Of a DNA stretch of 64,000 nt, positions 49,321 to 59,590 are shown piece after piece. The number at the start of each line of letters is the position of its first letter. The stretch's first letter is position 1. Under the pieces are notes generated by a model, which saw nothing but the letters and a program-made list of their open reading frames with translations, did not search any database and was not told where the DNA came from. This stretch comes from Bacteroidota bacterium (lineage in GTDB: Bacteria; Bacteroidota; Bacteroidia; Bacteroidales; JAGONC01): NCBI GenBank assembly GCA_026391695.1, contig JAPLDP010000077.1, positions 6,462-70,461 on the forward strand. The letters run 5' to 3'. The position numbers and the translations under genes are program-made.

Positions 49321-50943
49321 ATGCAGAAAAATGTTTTTCTAGGTGATGAAGCCATTGCCCAGGGGGCAATGGATGCCGGGATATCGAGTATATATGCTTA
49401 TCCGGGAACTCCTTCAACCGAGATTCTTGAATTCGTTATAGATTCTATAAAGACACGCCGTCATTCCATTCATGCAGCCTGGTGTACGAATGAAAAAACA
49501 GCCATGGAAGCAGCTCTCGGAGTCTCTTATGCAGGTAAGAGAGCCATGGTTTGTATGAAACATGTCGGATTGAATGTTGCTGCCGATCCATTCATCAATT
49601 CTGCAATAACCGGAGCCAATGGAGGTTTGATCATTATCGCTGCTGATGATCCATCGATGCACTCCTCACAAAACGAACAGGATTCTCGTTTTTATGGAAA
49701 ATTTGCCATGATACCTATACTGGAACCCTGTAACCAGCAGGAAGCCTATGATATGGTTTTTTATGGTTTCAATCTGTCAGAACTTTACGGGATTCCAGTT
49801 TTATTGCGGTTAACAACTCGCCTAGCCCACTCCCGTGCTGGCATTATCCGTAAGGATACTGTGGAACAGAATGAACTTCATTTACCTGCTGATCCGCGTC
49901 AATTCATTCTTTTACCAGTCATTGCCCGTCAACGGTTTAAGGCTCTTCTTCAAAGTCAGCTGTCATTTATTGCAGAATCTGAGAAATCACCGTATAATTA
50001 TTATTTTGAAGGGGACAATAAAAAACTTGGCATCATCACAGCCGGGCTTGCATATAATTATCTTTTAGAAAATTATCCTGACCGTATTGTGCCATATCCG
50101 ATTCTTAAAATAGGTCAATATCCGCTGCCACGAACAAAAATTGAACGGATTATCAGTGAATGCGAAAGGATTCTGGTACTGGAAGATGGTTATCCTTTCA
50201 TCGAAGAGATGTTGCGGAGCTATCTCAATCACCATAAGATCATTGGAGGCAGGATGGATGGAAGCATTCCCCTTGATGGCGAACTGACACCATGCAAGGT
50301 AGCCACTGCATTAAATCTGCCTACCTGCGAAGGGTCACCTATCCCGAGTATTGTGCGTCCACGACCACCATCATTATGTAAGGGTTGTCCGCATATCTAT
50401 TCATATAATGCCTTGAATGAGGCTCTTACAGGATATTCGAAGGGAAGGGTGTTCTCCGATATAGGGTGTTATACACTTGGAGCCCTTTCACCCTACCATG
50501 CTATAAATACCTGTGTGGACATGGGTGCCTCCATTACGATGGCTAAAGGTGCTGCCGATGCCGGGCTAACACCCGTTGTGGCCGTCATCGGTGATTCCAC
50601 TTTTGCCCACTCCGGAATAACCGGATTGCTCGACGCAGTGAATTACAAAACGCCTGTCACTGTGATGATCCTGGATAATTACACCACCGCCATGACTGGC
50701 GGCCAACCCTCAGCAGGTGAAGGTAAACTCGAAGCCATTTGCCTGGCTGTCGGCGTGGAAAAGGAACATCTTCATGTCCTTAGTCCAATACCCAAGGAAC
50801 ATGAAAAGAATACCGAGATATTGAAAAAAGAGCTGGCTTATAATGGCGTATCGGTCATTATTCCACGGAGGGAATGCATTCAAACGGCTACCAAACGGCT
50901 TAGAGAGGAAAGAATAGAAAAATTACAAAAACAGGAAGCCTGA
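49321..50943 (+). CDS. iorA: indolepyruvate ferredoxin oxidoreductase, alpha subunit
   Basis: LGDEAIAQGAMDAG, RPPSLCKGCPH and the TPP-binding GDSTFAHSGITGLLDAV...ILDN.TTAMTGGQ. It is followed by iorB with a 1-nt overlap. Confidence 0.9.
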   Translation: MQKNVFLGDEAIAQGAMDAGISSIYAYPGTPSTEILEFVIDSIKTRRHSIHAAWCTNEKTAMEAALGVSYAGKRAMVCMKHVGLNVAADPFINSAITGANGGLIIIAADDPSMHSSQNEQDSRFYGKFAMIPILEPCNQQEAYDMVFYGFNLSELYGIPVLLRLTTRLAHSRAGIIRKDTVEQNELHLPADPRQFILLPVIARQRFKALLQSQLSFIAESEKSPYNYYFEGDNKKLGIITAGLAYNYLLENYPDRIVPYPILKIGQYPLPRTKIERIISECERILVLEDGYPFIEEMLRSYLNHHKIIGGRMDGSIPLDGELTPCKVATALNLPTCEGSPIPSIVRPRPPSLCKGCPHIYSYNALNEALTGYSKGRVFSDIGCYTLGALSPYHAINTCVDMGASITMAKGAADAGLTPVVAVIGDSTFAHSGITGLLDAVNYKTPVTVMILDNYTTAMTGGQPSAGEGKLEAICLAVGVEKEHLHVLSPIPKEHEKNTEILKKELAYNGVSVIIPRRECIQTATKRLREERIEKLQKQEA

Positions 50944-51524
50944 TGAAGAAAGATGTCATTCTTGCAGGCGTCGGAGGACAAGGTATTCTCACTATTTCAG
51001 CCATTATCGGTTTGGCCGCCGTGCGGTCGGGATTATTTCTTAAGCAAAATGAAATACACGGTATGAGCCAAAGGGGAGGCGACGTCCATTCAAATCTCCG
51101 CTTATCTGATAAAGAAATCGCTTCTGATTTAATACCCACAGGCAAAGCCGATATTATTCTTTCGGTTGAACCAATGGAAGGATTACGCTACCTTCCTATG
51201 CTAGCATCTGACGGCTGGCTCATCACAAGTACTGAACCATTTATCAATATTCCAAACTATCCACCCATTGAAGATATTCTTAATGAAATATCCAGGGTTA
51301 AACACCACATTGTTATTGATGCCGAGAAAATCGCTAAAGATCTGGGTTATGCCAAAGCAGCCAACATGGTCATCTTAGGTGCTGCCACACCCTTTCTGGA
51401 TATGAATTTCGGATATCTTGAAGATGCTATACGTGAGTTTTTTTATCACAAGGGTTCCGGCTTAATCGACACAAACATACTGGCCCTTAAAGCAGGGAAA
51501 GAATTCACTCTTAGCCATTCATAA
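50943..51524 (+). CDS. iorB: indolepyruvate oxidoreductase, beta subunit
   Basis: VILAGVGGQGILT...HGMSQRGG motif of the 2-oxoacid:ferredoxin oxidoreductase gamma-like domain. Length is 193 aa. Confidence 0.9.
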   Translation: MKKDVILAGVGGQGILTISAIIGLAAVRSGLFLKQNEIHGMSQRGGDVHSNLRLSDKEIASDLIPTGKADIILSVEPMEGLRYLPMLASDGWLITSTEPFINIPNYPPIEDILNEISRVKHHIVIDAEKIAKDLGYAKAANMVILGAATPFLDMNFGYLEDAIREFFYHKGSGLIDTNILALKAGKEFTLSHS

Positions 51525-51531
51525 TTAAGTC

Positions 51532-52788
51532 ATGGGTTTGAAGCGATATCGTATACTTCTGGTCATTGGATTTCTGGCCTGCTCTATTATTATTTTCATT
51601 TCTCTGATCCGTCATCAACACCGGAAAAACGAAAAGGAAAAAACGGTTTCTGTTTTGCCAGTGAGGGAACCCTCATTTAAGTATGGTATTAATGTGGATT
51701 CTTTTACTGTTGTAAATGGTAAAGTGCGGCCCGATCAGAATTTGTCGGTTCTGCTGCAATCCTATCATGTCACAAACTCAAATATCGATCTCCTGGCAAA
51801 ACTGTCACAACGGGTTTTTGATGTCAGAAAAATTAAAGCAGGCAACGCATATACCGTTTTTTGTTCACATGATACTCTGGAAAAGGCAGAGTACTTCATC
51901 TATGAGGTGTCTCCGACATCCTATGTAGTCTTTGACCTCCTCAATAAATTAAATGTATATTCAGGCAGGAAGGAGGTCACAACAATCGTAAGGTCCGCCT
52001 CAGGAACTATCAGGTCATCACTCTGGAATTCCATTGAAGAAAAGGGATTAAATCCTTCCCTTGCCGTTGAGTTAGCCGATATTTTTGCCTGGACAATTGA
52101 TTTTTTCGGTATACAGAAAGGTGATCAATATCGGGTGATCTACGAGGAGGAGATAGTTGAAAAGGATACCATCGGCATTGGCCGTATTCTTTCGGCATGT
52201 TTCAATCATATCGGACGTGACTATTTTGCCTTTTATTTTGTACAGGATGGTATTGGTGATTATTTTGATGAGATGGGCAACAGTGTGAGGAGGGAGTTTC
52301 TCAAGGCGCCCCTTCGATATAGCCGGATCAGTTCAAAGTATTCACGGAGTCGTTTACATCCGATATTAAAGATATACCGGCCTCATTTTGGGGTAGACTA
52401 TTCCGCACCCAGCGGCACGCCTGTATATACAATCGGGGATGGAACAGTGATTGGCGCCGGGTACGATTCTAAAGGAGGTGGCCGCTATGTGAGGATAAAA
52501 CACAATTCAGTATATACTTCATTGTACATGCATCTCTCAGGATATGCCAGGGGTTTACGGGAAGGTATGCGTGTTCAGCAGGGCGATTTGATAGGGTATG
52601 TCGGCAGAAGTGGCTTGGCTACCGGGCCACATCTGGATTTCAGGATATTTAAAAATGGTTCTCCTGTTAATCCGATAAAGGTGGAATCCCCTCCGGCAAA
52701 ACCTGTTGATCCTTCAAAAAGAATAGGTTTTGACAGTGTAAAAGTTAATTTCCGAAATCAACTGGAGGAAATAGTACCATCCAAATAA
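51532..52788 (+). CDS. M23 family metallopeptidase (peptidoglycan DD-endopeptidase type)
   Basis: N-terminal membrane anchor and M23 motifs HFGVDYSAPSGTPV and GLATGPHLDFRI. Confidence 0.9.
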   Translation: MGLKRYRILLVIGFLACSIIIFISLIRHQHRKNEKEKTVSVLPVREPSFKYGINVDSFTVVNGKVRPDQNLSVLLQSYHVTNSNIDLLAKLSQRVFDVRKIKAGNAYTVFCSHDTLEKAEYFIYEVSPTSYVVFDLLNKLNVYSGRKEVTTIVRSASGTIRSSLWNSIEEKGLNPSLAVELADIFAWTIDFFGIQKGDQYRVIYEEEIVEKDTIGIGRILSACFNHIGRDYFAFYFVQDGIGDYFDEMGNSVRREFLKAPLRYSRISSKYSRSRLHPILKIYRPHFGVDYSAPSGTPVYTIGDGTVIGAGYDSKGGGRYVRIKHNSVYTSLYMHLSGYARGLREGMRVQQGDLIGYVGRSGLATGPHLDFRIFKNGSPVNPIKVESPPAKPVDPSKRIGFDSVKVNFRNQLEEIVPSK

Positions 52789-52806
52789 AGATATTATTTA
52801 AAAAAA

Positions 52807-52830
52807 GGGTGCCTCACTTCTGAGACACCC
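52807..52830. terminator. bidirectional intrinsic terminator between the M23 gene and susD
   Basis: AAAAAA-GGGTGCCTCA-CTTC-TGAGACACCC-TCTTTT. The stem is 10 bp with one mismatch, and U-tracts are available on both strands. Confidence 0.7.
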
Positions 52831-52854
52831 TCTTTTATAAAAGACAATAATCTT

Positions 52855-54342
52855 TTAATTTACTCCGGTTCTCTTATCCCACCACATTCTCTCTCCCCAG
52901 AAGTTGTCAACAATAGTTGCAGCGAAAGGTACAACGTTCGTTTCATTAAGGTTTGCTTCATTAGTAGGATAGGGATAGCGGAAAGGCTGTCTGTTGTGAG
53001 TGCCATAGGGTGGTGTCAATGAACCTTTTGACATATCGACAACAGGCACGTCTGTTCTGCGTACTTCTGCCCAGGCTTCCTGGCCCTGCTTGAAAATGGC
53101 GATCCAGTTCTGAAGCTGGATTTGTTTCACGTCATTATTCCAGGCTATGGCCGGTTGAGCAATGTATGCATCATAAGCAGCCTGGTCGAGGCCATTTTCT
53201 TCCATCGAAGCCAAAACGCCAGCTTCATAAGCATCCTTGGCAGTCCATCCGGTAGTCCATCCGAGGAAGGAAGCTTCGGCAATATCGAACAAGACTTCAG
53301 CATACCTCATATATGGCGTAAAACCTGCTGCATCGTCACGGAAACGGGCGCCGATGCGTGAGATGGTATCCATGCGGAAGGTTCCGTCAATAGCACCGGG
53401 ATCGAGGCCCCTGTATACAGGATTGCCCTCTCCATCGGTGTATGCAGGATGAGCATAAACGGGAAGACGTGGGTCATTGTTTTGTAAGAGATTGTTGATC
53501 AGCACGTCGCACATGCCGTGGTCATCACGTGTCTGGGAATCTTCCTGGTAAGGCTCTTTATAGGGAGCCGAACCCGGCCACCACTGGAATGCATTGTCAT
53601 CGTTGCTGGCCATTATCGGGTATTGTCCGGGATTACCCAGAACCTCTTCAAAGATGGCTTTAGCCTTGGCTCCATCAGCAGCCGACATGCGTATGGCGAG
53701 GCGTAAACGCAACGAATTGCAAAATTTCTGCCACTTTGCGGCATCACCATTAAAAAGGATATCGCCTTCACCAAGTGCATCGGCAGCACCGCTGGCGAAA
53801 AGGTCAGCAGCTTCCTTGAGTTTGTCGGCAAGGGCAAAATAAATGTCGCTCTGCGAATCATAGGTAGGAAGAGTGATGCCATCCAGTCCAAGCAGTGCAT
53901 TGGAGTAAGGAATATCTTTCCACTGATCGGTACACATCTGCCACAGCATACAGGAGAAAGTTTGAGCGGCAGCTTTCATATTGACTGCCCCCTCAGCATC
54001 AGATTTCTCCATAATGACTTTCAGGTCCATCTGACAAGTATAATAATCTGTCCAGGCGTTATTGACAACGCCTTCACGGAAGTTATAACGGGCTTCGTCA
54101 ACATACTGGATCTTGGTGATCTGTCCGGCAAAGCTGCACATTTCATTCATACCCTGCCAGGCATTGAAGAAATTATCACCACAGTAACGAATAACACGTG
54201 CGAGTATGTTGGTGGAAGGAACATCATTCGGTTGGTTTGGATTGGTGTTCAATTCCTCAAAATTCTTGGTACATGAGACTAATGTTACAATAAAGCCTAT
54301 GACCAGAATGATATTTACTTTAAATATTTTTTTCATTGTCAT
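52855..54342 (-). CDS. SusD/RagB family nutrient-binding outer-membrane lipoprotein
   Basis: Lipoprotein signal (..LVSC), N-terminal ..LNTNPNQPN.., 495 aa, immediately downstream of a SusC-type gene. Confidence 0.85.
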   Translation of the reverse strand: MTMKKIFKVNIILVIGFIVTLVSCTKNFEELNTNPNQPNDVPSTNILARVIRYCGDNFFNAWQGMNEMCSFAGQITKIQYVDEARYNFREGVVNNAWTDYYTCQMDLKVIMEKSDAEGAVNMKAAAQTFSCMLWQMCTDQWKDIPYSNALLGLDGITLPTYDSQSDIYFALADKLKEAADLFASGAADALGEGDILFNGDAAKWQKFCNSLRLRLAIRMSAADGAKAKAIFEEVLGNPGQYPIMASNDDNAFQWWPGSAPYKEPYQEDSQTRDDHGMCDVLINNLLQNNDPRLPVYAHPAYTDGEGNPVYRGLDPGAIDGTFRMDTISRIGARFRDDAAGFTPYMRYAEVLFDIAEASFLGWTTGWTAKDAYEAGVLASMEENGLDQAAYDAYIAQPAIAWNNDVKQIQLQNWIAIFKQGQEAWAEVRRTDVPVVDMSKGSLTPPYGTHNRQPFRYPYPTNEANLNETNVVPFAATIVDNFWGERMWWDKRTGVN

Positions 54343-54387
54343 AATTTTTTAGTTAAAGGTTAATCAATGAATTACAAACTGTTCAGG

Positions 54388-57300
54388 CTAGAATGTCAAC
54401 CTTAGTTTAATACCCATGCTTCGTGTCGGAGGCAACTGATATTGTTCGAGTCCGACGCCATTATTGGAAGTACCGAATCCGGTTTCGGGATCGATGCGCA
54501 CATCATTGCTTTTTGATCTTGCCAGCAAAGCCAGGTTCCTTCCATAGAGTGATATGTCAGCGGATTTAATGAATCCGGTTTTAGTCATCCATGAATCCGG
54601 TAAATGGTAATCGATAATGACTTCACGTAATTTAAGGAAGCTGCCATCGATAATGGATATTTCATGGAGTCCCCAGTAATTTTCGTAAAAATCCTGAGCG
54701 CCGACAACGGTGGTATTTTCAACGGCCTTACCATTTTCATCAATCTGAACACCATCCACGATGACACCATCTCTTCTGATTTCGGCACCATCACCGGCAG
54801 GTTTAACGAGATCACCTTCGATGTCTTCAGCCGATTCTTTTGTAACACCCGAATAGGCGCCAAACCAGTCGGTGACACTGAAGATATCACCACCTTTACG
54901 GAAGTCGAGCAGGAAGCTGAATGAAAGATCTTTCCATCTGAAGGTATTCCGCAGGCCGCCCACCCAATCAGGTTCTATGTTACCAATATTCACTGGTAAA
55001 GCAGATTTTTTGGGTAGTCCGTTTGCGCCGACGATTATTTTCCCTGTCGTTTCATCGCGTACAAAGCCTTTACCTCTGATAACGCCCCAGGGTTCACCCG
55101 GACGTGCTTCGATGGTAACGGTCTGCCATGAAGCGGATATCTGATAAGCAAGTAATTTCTGATGAGTTACAGGATCCTCATAAAGTTCCACAACTTCATT
55201 GTTGTTTTTTGACCAGTTCAGTGTCATTTCCCAGTTCAGTCCTTCGGTTGATTTAAGGATCACACCTGTCACCATCAGTTCATGTCCCCAGTTGTCGATC
55301 TGGCCAGCATTCAACCGCATGTTGTTGAAACCGGTTGCCCTGGAAATATTTACTGCCAGTATTTGGTTCATGGTGCTCTTCATATAATACGTATAATCAA
55401 CACCTATCCTGTTATTGAGGAATTTCAGGTCAAGGCCAAATTCAGTACTATTAGTTTTTTCTGGCATCAGGTTAAGGGGCGGGATGGTTCTGGTATAGAA
55501 GAAACAAGCGACGCCGTTATATGGGTCTGCATCTGATGAGAAGGTCGGGGTAATCTGATAAGGACCGGTGGAATTACCTACCTGTGCCCAGCCTCCCCTT
55601 AGTTTACCGAAAGTGAGGATATTGGGTGAAATATCAAATGTTTCGGTGAATACCCAGCTTAAGCTGAATGACGGATAGAAGTATGACCAGCTATCTTTTG
55701 GCAGCGTGGAATACCAGTCATTTCTGGCTGTAATGTCAAGGTATAGCATACGTCTGAAGGAAATGCCTAAAGACCCATAGATACTATTCGATTCTTTTTC
55801 TTCATCGTACATGCTCACCGTTGGATTACCTTTTGTATTACCAATGGTGAAAAGGTTTGGCACCGTCAGTTCATTAGCCTGCTCTGACATGTTTTTATAC
55901 TTGTAATTCATATAATTCGCACCCAGAGTAGCTTTTAATCCGAAGTCTTCTGACAGGTCCTTATCGGCTGTGAAAATAATATCGGCATTGGTTTCATTTT
56001 CGAACCGTTGATTCTGCCAGAAATAACCACCGGATGATGATTCAATGGACAGGTCGTACGTCAGATGTTTTCTGTATTCATTGTATGCATCTTGTCCGAT
56101 GCGTCCCATCACACTCAACCAGTCGGTGATCTTATAGGTTAAATTAATATTACCGAAGGTTCTGTTCCTGGTTCTGGAGGTGGTGTTATAACCGGTTGTC
56201 CAATAGGGATTGTTATGGTAGCTGCTGTTCCAGTTATATGGTTGGCCAAAGCCATCAAAATCCTGCCAGTGATCTTTCAGGTTCTGCATATTGATCTGAC
56301 GACCCCACCAGGAACCGAGCGACTGCATGATGTTATTTTCGTCATAACCATTACCCGGCAGATTATCACTCTGGTTCTGGACATAGGTAATGGTTGCATT
56401 AGCTGTCAGACGTTTCGACAGTTCCATGCTTCCATTGAAATTCACCGAGTACTTCTTCAGGTCGGTATTTGGAATAGCGCCTGTGATATTTTGTGACGAG
56501 AGTGAAAGACGGGCGGCTGTTTTGTCTGTTCCACCGACGAGTGACAGGTTGTTATCCCATGTAGCGCCATTTTGGAAAAAGTCTTTCACATTATCTGGTT
56601 GTGAAACCCAGGGAGTAGCCACATGACCTTGAGTAGGATCTTCGGCATTCACATAGGGGCTGTCAAACTGAGGAATCATCAGTCCGGCATCCAGTCTTGG
56701 TCCCCATGATTCATCCATACCATCATTCACACCACCCCAGTTGCCGTCATAATAGCTGAAGGAATTTTCGAGGCACCATGTTTCGTATGCTTTCATGTCG
56801 TCAGAAGCCTTCATACCAGTAGCATCAAAATAATGCGTTTCATCACCGGCATATCCCTGTCCGTATTTGTCTTGATACAAGGGTAAATAGGAGACCTGGT
56901 TTATTTCATAGGCTGTAGTGAAAGTGACGCCAATACCTTTAGAAGCACCTTTTTTGGCTGATTTGGTCGTGATGAGGATGACACCATTGGCGGCTCTTGA
57001 TCCATAAAGAGCAGCGGCATTAGCGCCTTTCAGCACACTCATGGATTCAATGTTGGCAGGATCAATATCCATGGCTGCATTACCGAAGTCAATGCCACCA
57101 TATTGGTCAACTGCCGTGGAATAGTTGGAAACGGGAACACCGTCAACAACAAAGAGGGGCTGGTTTTCACCGAAGGAACTGTTACCACGTATGGTAATAC
57201 GTGAAGAAGCACCAACGGCACCACTGGCGTTAATGACCTGTACGCCGGCCACTTTACCGGAGAGGGAATTAACGATGTTGGTTTCTTTGGCTGCTTCCAG

Positions 57301-57690
57301 GTCCTCGCCTTTGATGTCTTGTACGGAATAGCCCAGTGATTTCTTCTCACGGGTCATACCAAGGGCAGTAACGACGACCCCTTCGATGTCCATGATGTCA
57401 GGCTCAAGGGATATGGCGAAGGTTTTAAGGGCGCCAAGCTCGATTTCTTTTGAGGCCATACCGACATAAGAAATCACGATGATCTTGGCATCCTGGGGAA
57501 CGGACAGTTCGAATTTCCCATCGACATTTGTGGTGGTGCCGATGGTCGTGTTCTTAACAAGAACGGTAGCCCCGGGTATAGGGGTGCCATTCTCTGAACT
57601 GGTTACCGTACCAGAGATTGTCCTCTGTGCATTAACTACCTGCATTCCTATAATAAATAGGAGTACAAGTACAAGAGTAAGTTTTCTCAT
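54388..57690 (-). CDS. SusC/RagA family TonB-linked outer-membrane protein
   Basis: 1100 aa with a CarbopepD_reg domain (ISGTVTSSENGTPIPGATVLVKNT..TTTNVDGKFEL), a plug (SVLKGANAAALYGSRAANGVILITTK) and a barrel ending ..GIKLRLTF. Confidence 0.93.
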   Translation of the reverse strand: MRKLTLVLVLLFIIGMQVVNAQRTISGTVTSSENGTPIPGATVLVKNTTIGTTTNVDGKFELSVPQDAKIIVISYVGMASKEIELGALKTFAISLEPDIMDIEGVVVTALGMTREKKSLGYSVQDIKGEDLEAAKETNIVNSLSGKVAGVQVINASGAVGASSRITIRGNSSFGENQPLFVVDGVPVSNYSTAVDQYGGIDFGNAAMDIDPANIESMSVLKGANAAALYGSRAANGVILITTKSAKKGASKGIGVTFTTAYEINQVSYLPLYQDKYGQGYAGDETHYFDATGMKASDDMKAYETWCLENSFSYYDGNWGGVNDGMDESWGPRLDAGLMIPQFDSPYVNAEDPTQGHVATPWVSQPDNVKDFFQNGATWDNNLSLVGGTDKTAARLSLSSQNITGAIPNTDLKKYSVNFNGSMELSKRLTANATITYVQNQSDNLPGNGYDENNIMQSLGSWWGRQINMQNLKDHWQDFDGFGQPYNWNSSYHNNPYWTTGYNTTSRTRNRTFGNINLTYKITDWLSVMGRIGQDAYNEYRKHLTYDLSIESSSGGYFWQNQRFENETNADIIFTADKDLSEDFGLKATLGANYMNYKYKNMSEQANELTVPNLFTIGNTKGNPTVSMYDEEKESNSIYGSLGISFRRMLYLDITARNDWYSTLPKDSWSYFYPSFSLSWVFTETFDISPNILTFGKLRGGWAQVGNSTGPYQITPTFSSDADPYNGVACFFYTRTIPPLNLMPEKTNSTEFGLDLKFLNNRIGVDYTYYMKSTMNQILAVNISRATGFNNMRLNAGQIDNWGHELMVTGVILKSTEGLNWEMTLNWSKNNNEVVELYEDPVTHQKLLAYQISASWQTVTIEARPGEPWGVIRGKGFVRDETTGKIIVGANGLPKKSALPVNIGNIEPDWVGGLRNTFRWKDLSFSFLLDFRKGGDIFSVTDWFGAYSGVTKESAEDIEGDLVKPAGDGAEIRRDGVIVDGVQIDENGKAVENTTVVGAQDFYENYWGLHEISIIDGSFLKLREVIIDYHLPDSWMTKTGFIKSADISLYGRNLALLARSKSNDVRIDPETGFGTSNNGVGLEQYQLPPTRSMGIKLRLTF

Positions 57691-58017
57691 AGTCTACAGT
57701 TTTTGGTTAGTAATTAGTTTAAAATAAAGGAATTCTGCTTTTAAATAAATATAATGATGGATATATATATATTTAAATGAACAAGCCCCTCAATTAAATA
57801 GCCAAATTATAAAATTCTTAATAAATATCCAAAAATAAATTAACAGAAAATTTATTTTTATTTAATAAAAAACGTTAAGCCTGACTTTCTTTGCTTATTA
57901 TCAGGCTATTAATGAATATTATACAATGATTAATTAAATTAACTTTAAATAAAGGTAATTGATTTGTATGACTGATTTAAAAGGAATTCAATCCCCAACT
58001 TCTGAAAACAGATGTGA

Positions 58018-59541
58018 TCATTCCAGGTTCCCAACCACCTTTTCAACTTCATCAAGGATTTCACCTGATTTGACCAACTCTTTCATCCTGGTGTGATCGT
58101 CATAGAGAGGACGGTCAACATCAAGAAAATCAACATATTTTCTGATCACTTCTTTAGCTTTAGTAGTGCCGTGACCGAATTTATAGTCACGGAAGTCAAG
58201 AGCCTGGGCTGCAGCCATGAATTCAATTCCAAGAACGCCATACGCATTGTCGAGTATCTGGAAGTTCTTAATAGCTGTATTCATGCCCATAGAGACAAAG
58301 TCTTCCTGGTCTGCTGCAGCCGGTATGGACTGGATGGATGCCGGCATAGAGAGGATACGTTGTTCGACGATCATCATGTCGGCTGTGTACTGGCTGAGCA
58401 TGAGCCCTGAGAACATCCCGGCCCCTTTGGTCAGGAATGCCGGTAATCCAACGCTGAGAGCCGGATTATTCAATCGGTTCATTCGTCTTTCCGACATCAC
58501 GCTGACCATGGTAATGGCAACACCTGCCATATCCATCGGTAATGAGACGGGCGATCCCTGGAAATTGGCACCGGAGAGTTGCAAATTTTCCTCAGGGAAA
58601 AAGATGGGATTATCTCCGACGCCATTCAATTCAATTTCAACCTGTGAGCGGGCAAATGCCAGTGCATCGTGTGAGGCACCGATGACCTGGGGTGTGGAAC
58701 GCATGGAGTAGGCATCCTGTACTTTGCATTTGACGCGATTATCGACGAGATCACCACCTGCAGCGACTTTACGGATAGATCTTGCGGTCCGGATGGCGCC
58801 TGGAAAGCCCCTGGCTTCGTGTAGCTTGGAATGGTATGGCCGCATATTGGCTTTCAAAGCTTCCAGCGACATAGTGGCAGCAATTTCAGCTTGTTTGAGC
58901 CACCGGGTCGCATCATAAAGGAAGATGGCGCTCATGGCTGTCAGAAGGTTCGACCCGTTGATAGCGGCAAGTCCGTCTCTGGCTTTTAATCCGGGTACTG
59001 GAATACCAGCCCTGGACAGGGTTTCTTTTCCATCTAAAAGTTCACCTCTGTAATAAGCTCTGCCTTCACCAAGCATCAATAGAGCAATCTGTGACATGGG
59101 TGCGAGGTCGCCACAGGCTCCTACTGATCCTTTCTGGCAAACATAGGGTGTGACACCTTTATTAAGCATGTCAACAAGTGTTTGTGTGATCTCCAGCCGG
59201 CTGCCGGAGTTTCCATGGGCATGTACATTGATCCTTGATAACATAGCAGCCCTGACATATTCTATCGGGGCTGGATCGCCGATACCTGCAGCATGATTGT
59301 AAATCAAATATTTCTGGAAATCTTTCACCTGATCATCTGTCAGAACAATTTCTGAAAACTCACCTATCCCTGTGTTAACGCCATACATGATCTCACGGGC
59401 TTCAATTTTCTTTTCCAGCATTGCACGGCAGGCGTTAATACGCTTTATCGCATCGGCATGAAGCTCCACTTTTTCTCCCTGTCGGGCCACGCGGACCACG
59501 TCTTCAATAGTTAAACCGTTACCGGTTACAATATAAGTCAT
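58018..59541 (-). CDS. histidine/aromatic amino acid ammonia-lyase family protein with Ala-Cys-Gly in the MIO position
   Basis: 507 aa from the ATG at 59541 (MTYIVTGNGLTIEDV...). Lyase_aromatic motifs are present: GSVGACGDLAPMS, NGSNL, QDAYSMRSTPQV and SGANFQGSP. The 44-codon upstream extension in the ORF track runs into the repeat element. Confidence 0.88.
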   Translation of the reverse strand: MTYIVTGNGLTIEDVVRVARQGEKVELHADAIKRINACRAMLEKKIEAREIMYGVNTGIGEFSEIVLTDDQVKDFQKYLIYNHAAGIGDPAPIEYVRAAMLSRINVHAHGNSGSRLEITQTLVDMLNKGVTPYVCQKGSVGACGDLAPMSQIALLMLGEGRAYYRGELLDGKETLSRAGIPVPGLKARDGLAAINGSNLLTAMSAIFLYDATRWLKQAEIAATMSLEALKANMRPYHSKLHEARGFPGAIRTARSIRKVAAGGDLVDNRVKCKVQDAYSMRSTPQVIGASHDALAFARSQVEIELNGVGDNPIFFPEENLQLSGANFQGSPVSLPMDMAGVAITMVSVMSERRMNRLNNPALSVGLPAFLTKGAGMFSGLMLSQYTADMMIVEQRILSMPASIQSIPAAADQEDFVSMGMNTAIKNFQILDNAYGVLGIEFMAAAQALDFRDYKFGHGTTKAKEVIRKYVDFLDVDRPLYDDHTRMKELVKSGEILDEVEKVVGNLE

Positions 59542-59590
59542 AAAATATCCTCCTGAATTTATTTTAAAGTATGAATATTGATTTTTTGGA

